A DNA stretch of 64,000 bases from Vitrella brassicaformis CCMP3155 (Eukaryota; Protista; Chromerida): contig CDMY01000850.1 of assembly GCA_001179505.1 (NCBI GenBank), forward strand, positions 62,001-126,000, read 5' to 3'. Of the stretch, positions 12,759 to 25,261 are shown piece by piece. The stretch's first letter is position 1; every line of letters starts with the position of its first letter. The notes beneath the pieces were generated by a model, which did no database searches, was not told the origin of the DNA, and saw only the letters and a program-made list of their open reading frames with translations. The position numbers were made by a program, and so were the translations under genes.

Positions 12759-13182
12759 ATGGCAATGGCGAGCAGGAAGGCCCTCCTGACGCTGGCGTGC
12801 AGCGGCGTTCGCGCCAACCCTGCCATCAGCCGCGCGATGGACTTCAACAAGGAGAGCGTGCGCACCTTCGTGACGCGCTCGCGTCCCCTCCTCTCACACA
12901 ACTTGGAGGTCAGCAAACACGCCAGCAGCCAGAGCAGGCCGGAGCGGAGCTTCTCACTTGTGTGCCTGTCCGTGTGTGTCTCGTGTGTGTCAGGACTACT
13001 ACATCTGCAGCGACTACGTGTGCAAGATCCACAGCCCGTACCTGATGTATTTCCAGTGGGGTATGTGCTGGTTGATGGTGGCGCTGACGATCGGCCCGCT
13101 GTTTCACTCCAACTACTACTTCGGCGGCCGATTCCTCCCCAAGGACCAGGGCAACACGCAGCTGTGCGAAGACTCCTGGTAG
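12759..13182 (+). CDS. 112-aa protein, 2 exons (12759-12908, 12994-13182); possible mitochondrial presequence and one TM helix
   Basis: N-terminus MAMASRKALLTLACSGVRANPAISR is basic and acid-free. Hydrophobic segment YLMYFQWGMCWLMVALTIGPLF. The GT-AG intron is in frame. Confidence 0.7.
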
Positions 13183-13783
13183 ACCGTGTGTATGTGGATC
13201 AATCGGTCACACACATGCTGCCGGCGGATCGGATCAGTGTGTGGCGCAGTGCAGTCAGTCTGTGAGTGTTTCGTTTTGTTCTGTCCGCTGGGTGTTGCAA
13301 GCATGGAATGGATGGATGGATGGCTGGATGGATGGCTGGGGAGAAGTGTGAGGTGGGTTGCTTGTCGTTTGCTCTGTCTGTGGGTGCTGCTTCTCGTGAC
13401 TTCCCTTCCCTTCTGAACCGCCATGTCCGCACCCAGGTTCTATCATTGCGACATCAGTGATGGAACCGAGGTGTGGAGCGGGCTGCCAGGAGATGAGGGA
13501 GGGACGGAGCAATGACACAAATACATGCACGTGTGTGTAGAGTAGGAGGGTATCGTGGTGGTGCGGGCGCCGGCTCACAGCTGCGTTGCTATACCCTCAC
13601 GGGCGGCAAATTTTTGCGGACTCACAGCGTCAATGTGCAGTGAGGAAACACATGATTTGAACGCATATAAGTAAGGAGGATCGAACGGGATCGACACGCG
13701 CGTATACGTAGGCGCACAGTACATGTCCTCACATCCGAGAGTCAAAAACAACGGCAACACAATCAGCAGACAGTCACTGCGCC

Positions 13784-14235
13784 ATGGCACACACAAACTC
13801 GCTTTGCTGGCTCTTCCTGTGGCTGGCCGTGTCGACGCCGCTCATCCCTGTGGCCACTGCAGCCGAGCACAAGCAGCTGCGGGCGGCCGACGTTCCCGTC
13901 TCTCTGCCCAGCCCTCTTGACATCGGTATGAAACGAGACTTGGCAATGCCTGTGTGTGTGTGTGCATCAGCACTGGTGTTGATGTGGATAACAGGTGAGG
14001 ACGTTCAGTCGACTCATCTGAAGTCAGAGAAGTCACCAACGAGTGAGACGCTGGAGAAAGGGCCGCCTCTCGATGAATCGACAGGTCAGCACCTCACTGC
14101 AGCGTGCACATCGATTGATGCACTCTGTCTGTCTGTCTGTCTGTCTGTGTTTCAGTAATTGCGGACGAGACGAATCAGGTGCTGGGAAGGATTGTCTCAA
14201 TCTCGCCTGGGACTTGGATTGCCGTATTCGCGTAA
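13784..14235 (+). CDS. Small putative secreted protein, about 3 exons; 3' end uncertain (could reach 14372)
   Basis: Signal-like MAHTNSLCWLFLWLAVSTPLIPVATA; phase-1 introns at 13926-13994 and 14085-14155. Confidence 0.5.
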
Positions 14236-14680
14236 AACCCGCACGCCAACACGAGGCGCACCAAAGGCGAGTGTGTGTGTGTGTGTCTGCCAGGCTGGTC
14301 GTGATGTTCGCGGCTGTCTGCGGCGTCTCTTTCTTGCTCGATCAGGCGCAAAAGAACGACAGACACGGCTGAGCAAAACGAAAGAGAGAGACAGAGACAC
14401 AGAAAATGACTAAGCGAACACTTGCGTGTGTGACGAATACGTGAGCGTGACATAGATGTATTTCGAACACAACGCTCAGCCACTCCAATGCTCTCATCCC
14501 CCCTCTCGCTTTGCCGATCAAACATGAGTAGCTTCAGATATGGCGCGTGAAGTGTGTTTTGAAACATTTGCTGGTTGATCAAGTGGTGCCTTGTACTTAT
14601 GTCAACGAGACTTGTGTCTGTGTGTGTCTGTCGTGTCTGCGGACCACACGCATCGTGTCTCTGGATCATTCCGCACACTC

Positions 14681-15160
14681 ATGTTCTCCAACTGGCGCCT
14701 CTCAGCGGAGACGAGGCAGCAGAAAGAGACACATAATCATGGACATTCACTTGCGCGCATTCTTGGTTGTCTTGCCTTGCTCTTCTGCGTTTTGGGTGTG
14801 TCTCTTCCGTCATTTGTCTGTCTGCACGTCGCTTGGTCGGCCGCCTCCCTGATCTCGGTTGTTGACATTTGCCTGTCCTCTCGTGACGTGGCCCAGGACT
14901 GTCTCGAGATCGCGGGCACTCCGCCTCTTCTGCTGGATTGCGAGCCCGATCCTCTGCTTCAACTCTCTGGGCAGAAATCGATGAATGAAGCGACAGGCAG
15001 ATGAGCGTGCGTATTGTTCTGTGACTGACCTGAGCTTGGCCTGGATGGGTTTGTAGGCGCGACGGGACAGATCATGATGACTGAGCACGAGGCCGCGTGG
15101 CACGAGTGGTGCGTGGGCGTGTGCCTGCGCCGGCTGCGTCAATGGACAGGCAATGGATAA
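14681..15160 (+). CDS. Possible small hypothetical protein with a hydrophobic segment
   Basis: Non-repetitive stretches read SLARILGCLALLFCVLG..DCLEIAGTPPLLLDCEPDP and GATGQIMMTEHEAAWHEWCVG. The model needs a GC donor; weak support. Confidence 0.25.
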
Positions 15161-15599
15161 GCAGAAGAGGACAGCGACCAGCATGTTGCCTGAACCGAAT
15201 CAATCAAGTCGCGCTTCCAAGCAATTGCTGCCTTTCCAAGCAATGTGTATCCGTACATGAAGATGCGTACTCATTGCAATTGTTACATTGCAACTAACTA
15301 GAGGAGGTGTGGGCATAAGCGCCGCCCCTGTAGACCTTGCTGAGACAGACCGTACTCAATGTCCACCGAACTTCTGCGTTTCTTGTCCTTTGGGCCTTTC
15401 TTGGAGTTGATAGAAAGGGCCATCGGTGGTCCGGTTTATCAGCAAGAGCTCGAGAGAGAGAGAGAGGGAGACATGGCTGAGCGAACAGCTTGACGATTAA
15501 TCCATCCATCAATCCATCCATACATCCATCCATCCATCCAGTTCATCACATCTCTAGCACTCCAGCCAGTACTCACACACGAACGAAGGAATGGGTCCG

Positions 15600-17796
15600 T
15601 CAGAAAGCCATGAACTGAAGCTTGAGCTGCTTCAGCAGTTCCTTGCTCTCGTGGTGACCAGGATACGCCTGATCGTTGATCAAGAACACACACACACACA
15701 ACACACACAACACGTACATCCACCAGACGCAGACATGTGTATGCCTTCCTCCCTTCAGCTCATCCCTCACTCACCTGCAGTGCCATATTGGCCTTGTTGA
15801 AGGCATCCTGGAAGTCACCCAACTTGAAGGCTACCAACGCAGAGTTGTAAGCGGGCTCATACAAGTGCGGCGCCAAGCGACTCGCGTGGCTGAACGCCAG
15901 CTGAGCCTGGACCAAGACAGGGAGGGAGGGAGGGAGGGATGGTGGGTGGATGGTGTGTCCGTGTTGCTGCATACCTGTTCTATGTTTCCCTTTCTGAGCT
16001 CTAGCACTCCCAGGTTGGTGTGGGACTCGGCGTGGTTGGGGTCGATGGACAAGGCCAACTTGAACGACTGATAGCATCGCGCACATACATCCACCTCTCC
16101 GTTCGCATGAGTGTGGGGGGTGTAAGAGTGTGTGTGTGTCGACACGTGTTGCCTGCCTGGTAGCTGAGTCCGAGGTCGCCGACTCCGATACCGACCTGGC
16201 CAATGTTGTACCACACCTCAGCAGACACACCGTCGTCCGCAAGCATCAGCGCCCTGCACACACACAAAGACACAAAGACACACCTTCACACACACACATG
16301 GCGGATCTTTCCATGTGTCCAATGCTCTCATCCTGCCTATCGGCCCACCTGTCCAGACATGTGATGGCTAGGTCGTATTGTGCGGCGTAGAAGCACGCCA
16401 GGCCCAGGTTGTTCCACAGCTCCGTTGAGCTCACGCCCATCAGCAGCAATCGACGGCAGAAACGCAACGCTACCTCAGGCTGATCTGCACATGTGTACAC
16501 AGACACATACATCTGCGGCTCTCTCTCTCTCTCTGCCCACCCGAGTAGAAGTGGTGTGCGGCGAGGCATGCGAGTGCCTCTGCGTTGACAGGGTCTCGTG
16601 CCACCACCCGCTTGTACAGCCCGATGCTCTTCTGGCTGTCGTTCAGGTCCTCATACAGACGGGCCATGCTCACCGTCACCGATATGTCACCTACACACAC
16701 ATCCATCCATCCATCCACACGACACAGCACAGCACATAGGCAGGGCGCAATGGATCAAGACAAAGGCCAGTCCATGCCCACCAGGGAACTTTTCGCTGGC
16801 TTTCTGATAGACCTCCAGCGCCGCATTGGGCTGATCGAGCTTCAGGTACACCCGCGCCAGCTCCAGGTTGGTCACCACTCGGCTGTCGTTGCCGATGGAG
16901 CTCCTGAACTGCTTCTCAGCCTCCCGCAGCAGCCCCAGCTGGAAGTAGCACTTGCCCAGCCGCTCCTTCCACCACCAGTCGGCAAAGGAGGCCTCCCGCG
17001 TCGCCTCGGCCGCCAGGTCCAGGGCCTTCCTGGGCTGCCGCAAAAAGTAGATGAGGTAGTCGCACAGCGCCTTGGCGATCTCGGGCCGCTTGGCGTACTT
17101 GTGGAAGTCGATGCCGTCCACCTGGATCGTCTCGCCGCCTCCATCCGTCCCCAGACTGGCCATGGACGCGGTGCCCAGACGGACCAGCCGCCCGGCAGAT
17201 GTGACGGGGCGGCCTGACGCGGCCGTGCCTGGTCTGGCTGACATGGCCATTGCCGTTGTGATGAGGTCTCTCTGCTGGGAGGATGTTGGCCTGGCGGATG
17301 TGGCGGGGCGCGTGAAGCCCGTCACTGGGCGGCCGGTGGCCGACACGGGGCGGACAGCCTGCGATGGACCGGTGCCAGCCTGCTGTGCGGACGAAAGGGG
17401 CCGCTGCAGGGAGGTACCTGAAAGGAGAAAACCAACACGACGGACCACGAAAGACAAACCGTGCGCTTCGTCTATATCCGCTCTTTCCGCTCATCCACCT
17501 GGTCTGGGAGCCGTGGCAGCGACGTTGTCCTCCATCAACGCGTCAGCAAGCCCCTCCACCTCCACCTCGAGGTCATCCAACCAGTGTTTGGCCGTGATGG
17601 CCCGGCACTTGAGCACGAATGCCGCCTGGTCACGGGAGTTCTGGCGAAGGAGGGACCCGCACAGCGCCAGGCAGTCGTCATACTGGTGACGTCTGTACTT
17701 GCTGAGTGCGTGGAAGAAGGGGTTGATCTTTTTGTCCTGCGGCTGGAGGGGCGCACGGGCCCTCATGCCACCGCCCTCCTGAAATGCTGCCGACAT
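15600..17796 (-). CDS. BBS8: Bardet-Biedl syndrome 8 / TTC8 BBSome TPR subunit, multi-exon
   Basis: LSKYRRHQYDDCLALC..DQAAFVLKCRAIT..LDDLEVEVEGLADALMEDN..APRPGTSLQRP; RPVTSAGRLVRLGTASM; DWWWKERLGKCYFQLGLLREAEKQF; ELWNNLGLAC; EVWYNIGQV; HAESHTNLGVLE; C-terminus AYPGHHESKELLKQLKLQF*. Confidence 0.97.
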
Positions 17797-17943
17797 AAGC
17801 TTCAAAGATCTCTCCTGGCTCCCAATCTCTTTCTAAGCTCGCGATCATAACGTAAATTTCCGCGCGGTCTGAAGAAGGCTGCTAGTTGTTGGTATCGTGT
17901 GTTTCTATCGCTATCGCTATTGCTGTGCACGCATAAGGCAACC

Positions 17944-19893
17944 ATGGCGGGTCGTGACGGGTTCACGCAGACGCCTGACGGCCTGGGCTTCACCCAACAG
18001 ACGGCTGAGGGGCTGGGGTTCATGCAGACGCCCAGCCATCTGCCCCGCGGCTCCCTGCCGGTGGGCGGCATCCACACGGGCAAGCGCACCCACAGCCTCT
18101 TCACGCGTCTGAGCAACATGGTCTCCGCCAACCCCGCCATGAAGGCCATGAAGATAGAGTCCGGCGCCAGCTCCCTTAAGGGCTCCGACAACATGGAGGT
18201 GGACTCCTATGTTGTGGACATCGGTGGGTGGATGAATGGATGGATGGATGGATGGATGAATGGATGGCATAATGTCGTTTTGTTGTTTGCACTGGCTGGG
18301 TGGCTGCAGGTGAGGTGCAGGCGGTGTACGAGGCCATAGAGTCGTACAAGCAGCACGTGGAGGCGGGGCTGGAGGTGATCGAGAAGAAGCGCGACAGGGA
18401 GATCACCAAAGGCCACACCCTCAAGCTCATCTACCCCAAGGAGCCCCCCTTCAAGTGGGATGTCGAGTGGCAGGAGACCAAGGTCAAGGGGCAGAAGATC
18501 ATAGACGATACCGACGTAAGCGAGACGAACCGATTGATGGAAGGGTGGCTGGCTGGGTGGGGGGAATGAATGGTCTGTGTGTCGATGTATGTGTCGGTGT
18601 GTGTATGTGCAGTGGGTGCTCGAGATGAAGCAGCCCGAGAGGGTCCGTGGCACATGTGCCACCCCAGCCACCCACACACACGCACAACACCACAACTCAC
18701 CAGATACACACACGCGTGTGTGTGTGTGTGTGTCGCTTGGTTTCTCTGTCCTTTCCGTCCCCATTGATGACATATGAGTGTAGGAGATGCAGGTTCTGGC
18801 TACCGGTGTGTCGGACTTCGGGTGCAAGTCGATCGACGACGTCGGGCGCCTCGGCGACCAACTATTCACGGTGGTACGTAATGGATGATGCATGTCACGA
18901 CAACAGCATATGTGCCAATGCGCTCCTTCTTCCTGGGCTGTGCTCGGTTGTGTTGTGTTGTGTTGTGTTGTGTGTCAGGTTCGAGAAGCCAAGAAGGTGA
19001 GTCGGTAGTGGGTGGGGTGTGTGTGGGGGTGTTGTGAAAATGGGCCCACACATGGGTATCTGTATGTGTATGCGTGTCGCAGTTCGGCGTGTGTGCTCCG
19101 GTACCCTCTCAACGAACCAATCTCCATCCATCCATCCATCCACGTGTATGTGTGTGGTGTGTATGCTGGCACATGGCTGCATGGATGCAGGCGTTCCGTT
19201 TGCTCACGGCCATGAAGGAGAACTACGAGGCCCTCACATCCAAAGTAGACGCGGTGAGTGGCTGAGTGAGTGGGCGGGGGGGGGGGGGGGGGNNNNNNNN
19301 NNNNNNNNNNNNNNNNNNNNNNNNNNNNNNNNNNNNNNNNNNNNNNNNNNNNNNNNNNNNNNNNNNNNNNNNNNNNNNNNNNNNNNNNNNNNNNNNNNNN
19401 NNNNNNNNNNNNNNNNNNNNNNNNNNNNNNNNNNNNNNNNNNNNNNNNNNNNNNNNNNNNNNNNNNNNNNNNNNNNNNNNNNNNNNNNNNNNNNNNNNNN
19501 NNNNNNNNNNNNNNNNNNNNNNNNNNNNNNNNNNNNNNNNNNNNNNNNNNNNNNNNNNNNNNNNNNNNNNNNNNNNNNNNNNNNNNNNNNNNGGGGGGGG
19601 GGGGGGGGAGACCGTCCACGTATGTATGTATGTCTTACGTCTATTGTGTATTGTGTGTGTCAGGTGGTGCAGGACATGGAGCCCGTGAGCGTGCCAGTAA
19701 GATTACCGACCCCACGCAGCGCGTGACCCCATCCATCCCTCTCTCTCTCTCCGTGTGTGTGTGCGTATGTGTGTCTGTGTGTTTCTGTCAGGAGGAGAAG
19801 CTGGCCCGGGCAGAGCAGATGTTGATGGGTTACACCAACGCCACAGACCTCGCCAACGACCTGCAGGCCACGCACGTGCTCGCTGGCCCCTAA
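17944..19893 (+). CDS. Hypothetical multi-exon protein spanning an assembly gap; N-terminal GF[T/M]Q repeats
   Basis: Exons MAGRDGFTQTPDGLGFTQQ..; EVQAVYEAIESYKQHVEAG..; VLATGVSDFGCKSIDDVG..; AFRLLTAMKENYEALTSKVDA; EEKLARAEQMLMGY..LAGP*. Confidence 0.7.
19293..19591. other. Assembly gap (N run) with poly-G on both sides, intronic
   Basis: Seen directly in the sequence. Confidence 0.99.
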
Positions 19894-21007
19894 ACACCCC
19901 ACACACAAATAGATACACACAGACATGATGGTCGGTCTCGTAGACATATGTCACGCAGCGAGCCAGCGAGACACAACGGCTCCTGCCTTTTCTTCTTTCG
20001 ACATAGCGACCCCTTCTCTCTCTCTCTCTCTCTCTCTTTCTTATACTCATAGCAGAAAGGCCGACTACAATTCATCTTTGCGTGGATTCGCGAGTGCCTG
20101 GATGGATGGATGGAGGGCATCATGGTGCTATGGGAGGCCGGAGGGAGGGATATTGCTGGGTGGTGGTGACACACACACAGGCAGACAGGCACAGGCACAG
20201 GCACATGTGCAGCGCACGGCGCGGCTCCGTGTGTCGGTGTTTTGCGTGTGTGTGAGTGTGTGAGAAGGAGTTAGTATCAGCCTAACTAATGTGCAGCGAT
20301 GCCTGTCTGTCTGTCTGTCTGCCTGTCTGTCCGTTTGATCAATCGGATGCGCGAATGCATGGCATGCTACTCTCGTGCGCGTGGCCGGTTTTCTACCTAA
20401 GCAATCTCTTTCTCTGTCACTCTCTCACTTTGTCGCCCCACGCACCCGTGCAACCATCAGATGGAGGCAGTCGCCCATCCATCCATCCTTCCAGGTGGAC
20501 ACAGACCACCTGCCTATGGATCGACCCCTCCCTGCCCCCCTCTGTGTGCGTGGTGGGTGGGGTGTGAGTCGCTGCTGCCAGCGGATCGTAGCTAGCCATG
20601 TCCAAATCAGTCCATCTATGCTGTGGGTGTGTGCGTGTGTGCTTCCGCTACGCCCAGAGAGTGCGTGTGCAGTGCATGTGTGTGGACTTGTCGTACATTC
20701 AATGACACGTACGGGTGTGGTGTGTATGTCCGTGGGCTTCACGCAAAGCTTTATAGAAAGATAGCATGACGTGCATGGTTGCACTGCACCACAAATCACC
20801 AACCCAGCCAATGGAAGGAAGGAAAGAAAGACACACCTGAATGTTCTGGACTGGTCGCAAAAGGCACAAATACCCAACCACACACACACACACACACGCA
20901 CAGACACACCCCACACACAGGAGGAAGGACAATCCTAAGCTAAGCGACTCAACACGCATCCACACCACTCCACACCATACAATGCATTATATGCCCCAAG
21001 AGCCTAT

Positions 21008-23284
21008 CTATAATGCCTCCCATCCGATGGACAGCTGCCGCATCCCACTAGTAAGGCTCGCCACCAACGCATCCAGAGCAGCCGAGGGGGCGTCGCTCCG
21101 CCGGGCCCTCTCACGCCACTCATCAACCGTACGCTGCACCTCAAGTGCAAGGTCATCCTCTGTCGCCTCCACCTTCACCTTCCCGGCACCGGCCGCCTTC
21201 TCGCGCTTCACATCGGCAGCTGTAGCAGCAGCAGCAGGGGCGGCGACGGCCTTGATGGCCCTGAAAGGCTCCATTGCGGATACTGCTGCTGGTGGTGGTG
21301 GCGCTGGTGCCACCCGTCCTCTCGCTGCCCGTGGGGCTGCGCGGTCCGCCTTTTTCTTTTTCTCGCCGACGGCAGCAGAAGCTTGGAAGAACGACAGACG
21401 GCTGACAGCGGGCGCACCGCCAGGGGCAGATTCCTCTCCCTCTTCCTCTTCCTTGTCAGCAGCCACAGCAGCAAACGCTGCAGGCGACGTCGTGGGCTCG
21501 GCTGGATGCACAGCGACAGCACCGAACGGCTCAGCAGCAAGCGACATAGCCATGGGGGTCGGCTGCAGACCACCCATAGCCCACGGACGGGTGGGAGGGG
21601 GCGGGGGAGGGGCAAGGGGGTAGGGGATGTGGGCCTCTTCTGCCTGGAACAATGCCGCCTCGTCAGACACGTCAGCCAGAGCGCCGAACGCCGCAGCACT
21701 CTCCAACCCACCACCACCACCACCGCCGCCGCCGCCGACACCGAATGACAGAGGCCCGGTCCCATAATCTTCCTCCTCTGCGTAGGGGTTGGTGGGCGGT
21801 GTGGGGTTGACGCTGTTGAAGAACGAGTCGGTGTCAACAGCAGGGGGATAGCCGCTGCCGTCGTCAGCACCGACAGACACGCCGGGATAGTTAGCTAGTG
21901 CAGGTAGCGCTGTGTCGGTCATCTGGTGGGTCTCTTGGTACGCCTCCAATGCGGCCCTGACACAAACACAAACACAAACACAAACACAAACAACAGACAG
22001 ACAGACAGACAGGCAGCCAGAGATGCCACAATGAGTGGATTTCGCGTTTGTTACCACCTGACAGCAGAGTCCACCCACCTGACAGCAAAGTCCAGCAGCG
22101 CTGCTTTGGCGGCGTCTGTGGGCGCGATGGCGCTCAGCTTGGTGCGGAGGTTGCGCTCAAATGCCGAGGGCGATATACCGCTGGGAGATGAGCTTGGGGG
22201 CGGGGGGCTGCGCTTCCTCGACACGTCGGTGTCGGCATTCGCGGCACTTGAGGCACTCTCAGACTCCGCACTGAACACATGCGCACACCACACACACATG
22301 CAGAAGGAAGGTGCATGCAGTCCAGTTGCCCTATTCTGTGTATAGGCTCACCTCGGCAGAACCACCGGATGATGCATGTCCGTCAGGCACACCCGCTGCC
22401 CTGCCATAGCCGCGAGCAGCCCGTCCATCGCGGCAGCATACTCCCTGCACGCGTCGGTGTCGCCCCTGCGCACCCGCCGCATCAGCCCGCCGTCCCTCAC
22501 GCGGAAAACATGGGTCACCTCGATGCTCTTGGCGTCCCGTGCCTCTCCGAAGATCGCCAGGACCTCCCAGCTGTCGTCCCTGTCTATCGGCAGCTGGAGG
22601 GGACCCTGGAACCACTCGCTCTTGTGCTCCGTGTAGCGGCCGTGGGGGCACCACGTCGCCGGGAACCCTGTAGAAAGGGGGAAAGGAACACAGATGACGT
22701 GCGTGCGTGCTGGTGTCGTAGCACCGACGTCGGTGTTTGTCTGACTTGCCTTCGAACTGGCTCGTGGGCGAGGTGATGAAGGGCACACGCGGCTCGTCGG
22801 CCACACCGGCGTCGAAATAGTCACGATAGGCAGCCCGGAGGAATGGCGGCAGCAGCCACACGCTGGGGTCAGCCTGGTCCCTTTGCAGGATGATGATTGA
22901 CGCTCGCAGTGAGTTGCCCGTCTTCTGCAGACACTTGGACGAGCGGCATATGACGGTGCGGGATGCGCCAGAGCTGTCGAGGCCGTGCTTCAGCTCAGCC
23001 ACGATGGTGTCCAGACACAGACCACTCTTCAACGTGCTCTGACGGGCGACACACACACAGTTCGCCGATTCATCCATCGGTCATTCATCGCTTTGCCCCA
23101 CCTTGCTCCCTCGGATTCGGATGGTGAATGGCACGATGTCGCCATCGTACTGGTCGTTCCCAACAACCCCAAAACGACCGAACCTCCTCCGAACAAACCA
23201 CACAGGCTCGAAGACGCAGTCATCTTCAATCTTGACGCCGTTGTCGTGCTTGCGAACCGTCACGAAGTAGTGAGGCTTGCTCAT
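21008..23284 (-). CDS. Hypothetical multi-exon protein: folded-looking N-terminal half, Ala/Pro/Gly-rich C-terminal half
   Basis: Exons MSKPHYFVTVRK..IRGSK; STLKSGLCLDT..SQFEG (AG|GCAAGT donor); FPATWCPHGRY..AMAGQR; SAESES..AALLDFAVR; AALEAYQETH..GWEAL*. Confidence 0.6.
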
Positions 23285-23443
23285 CTCTCTCTCTGAGTAT
23301 GATCACTCGACATATTCCGTGTCCTACTCGTGGACCTGCATACATTACAAAAGCACGAATTGGATAGATCCATGGTAAGACATCCGTGCCTATCGCATAC
23401 CAGGGCGTAGTCAGGGAACCACTTTTGCTCCTTATGGAAGTGG

Positions 23444-23465
23444 AAACCCTAGAAACCAAACCCTA
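23444..23465. promoter_or_regulatory. Two AAACCCTA (telo-box-like) motifs in a divergent promoter
   Basis: AAACCCTA at 23444-23451 and 23458-23465, between ATGs at 23284(-) and 23529(+). Confidence 0.4.
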
Positions 23466-23528
23466 GAAAACTGCGAGCTAAGCTTTCCGTCGAGCCTGTG
23501 TTAGAGGCGAAAGCATTCAGGTACGGAG

Positions 23529-24357
23529 ATGACCGCCTTGCCTGCTTCGAGGGAGGACAGCCTGGCGATGCCTCTCGCGGCCACGTCGTCAGCGCGTCGT
23601 CAAGCCCGTCAGATCTGCGATGGCTGCCAGCGGCCTCTCCGTGCCTGCCTTTGCTCTTTCGTTCCAGCAACAAAGATCCGTGTCGGAGCTGGAGGCTTCG
23701 AGAGCATTCATGGCATCATTGTGTACGTGCATCCACTGGAGAAGAAGAGGTGAGGTTGACACACAGCTGAGCAGCCAACCGTGAGACTGCTTCACTGACT
23801 CTGTCTTGTCTGTGCTCATCAGGACGTTCCGGTCGTGTCCTCTGCTGCAGATGTGCGTCGAGGGCGTCCATGCCATCGAAACAAGACGCCCGGTGGTGCC
23901 CTCGCCCCCTCCCCCCTCCCCGCTGCTCATCTACCGCACCGACACCAGCCGCCCGCTCTCGTCAGTCCTCCCATCTCTGTCCTTCCCCGTCACACTCGTC
24001 GCCCTGGACGGCACTTGGCAGCACACAAAGGAGATGTATAGAGCTGCACCATGGCTGGCAGACCTGCCCGCTGTCCATCTCGACGCGAGCGAGACCAAGG
24101 GCTATTTCTGCGACGTCCGTCACGCCCCTCTGGAGCTGGTTGAGCTGGGGGCAGTGAGCACCGCTGAGGCCGTGGCGTGTGTGGTTTCGGGGATGGGGAG
24201 GTGGCTGTCTGACGAGGCCGTTAGCAGGTGTGATGAGGTGGTGGGGAGGCTGCTGCAGGGAGTGGGTGACATGCAGGAGAGGGCCAAGACTGAAGAGAAG
24301 GACAAGGGCAGGGAGGGGAGGGCGGTGTGTGACCATGAAGGGGACGATGGCTGGTGA
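23529..24357 (+). CDS. DTW-domain tRNA-uridine aminocarboxypropyltransferase (DTWD2/TapT-like), 2 exons
   Basis: CDGCQRPLRACLC (Zn motif), VHPLEKKR, LVALDGTWQHTKEM, VSTAEAV. Confidence 0.9.
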
Positions 24358-24458
24358 GGGTTGAGATGTGTATGTCTGTGTGTGAATGCCAGAGACCTGG
24401 GTTTGTTCCATGTGTCTGTCTGTGTATAGTGTACAGAACTGGCGAGCCACAGACACTC

Positions 24459-25064
24459 TCATTCGAGTCGAGTCTTCCTACTGACGACATATGACAAGCC
24501 CCACAGTCCCAAAATCACAACCACACTGACCACAAGCAGCGACCACTTCAGACCGTTCGATGCAGAGCCCATTCTAGCGACCCTCACATACTGACTGTCT
24601 GTCAGCGCATCGGCCGAGTGCTGCACACAGAGGTAGGCCTGGCAGCTGGTCTCAGCTATATCGAAGAAACACATGACCAGGGGCAGCAGCGCCAGCCGCT
24701 CAGCCCATCTGACATATGTGTGGTCACACTTCAGCAGATCAACACAGCAAAGGATGAGAGAGCCGAGCAGCACCACATAGAGAGGCATAATCCACAGGAA
24801 ATCGGCCACAGCGAAGAGAAGGTATCGCTGCCTCCCGTCTGCACCCATCTTCTCAAACAGGCCGTGTACTCCAGCGACAGAGTAGGCAAAGACAGCGTCC
24901 GGCGGTTCAGCCCCTTGCAGCATCCACAGGGCCAACACGTTGGAGAGGGAAAAGACCACGAAGAGCAGCGGCAGCCATCCAGAGTGTGCGGCGGACCTGA
25001 GAACAGCGAGATAGCGTTGAAATAAAGACATCCGCGATGTCACTGCAGAGCCGACGGCCTTCAT
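24459..25064 (-). CDS. ~201-aa, ~4-TM membrane protein resembling an uncharacterised bacterial family; CDS intronless
   Basis: PDAVFAYSVAGVHGLFEKMGADGRQRYL..DFLWIMPLY..LPLVMCFFDIAET..ASNGLKWSLL. A short upstream exon (25232-25191) may be UTR. Confidence 0.75.
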   Translation of the reverse strand: MKAVGSAVTSRMSLFQRYLAVLRSAAHSGWLPLLFVVFSLSNVLALWMLQGAEPPDAVFAYSVAGVHGLFEKMGADGRQRYLLFAVADFLWIMPLYVVLLGSLILCCVDLLKCDHTYVRWAERLALLPLVMCFFDIAETSCQAYLCVQHSADALTDSQYVRVARMGSASNGLKWSLLVVSVVVILGLWGLSYVVSRKTRLE

Positions 25065-25231
25065 GTCACTGCGATGGCAATGCTGCTGGAGTTGAGCTGC
25101 ACACAAACACACATGAAGGACAATAATGACAATAATGACAGATCAAGATGCGTGCAGAGGGCGTGTGTCTGGTCACTGTGTCCTCCTCACCTTAGCCGCG
25201 GAGTACTGGTACCCAGTCCACAACAAACACA

Positions 25232-25261
25232 TGCATCTGGCAATTAGATGAATCAGATGCA
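25232..25261. other. Inverted repeat/hairpin TGCATCTG-N14-CAGATGCA; second copy at 25487-25515
   Basis: tgcatctg gcaattagatgaat cagatgca has an 8-bp perfect stem. Confidence 0.6.

Noticed and set aside
18975-19893. Long ORFs containing X runs (also 60167-61209)
   Set aside because: Artefacts of reading through N gaps.
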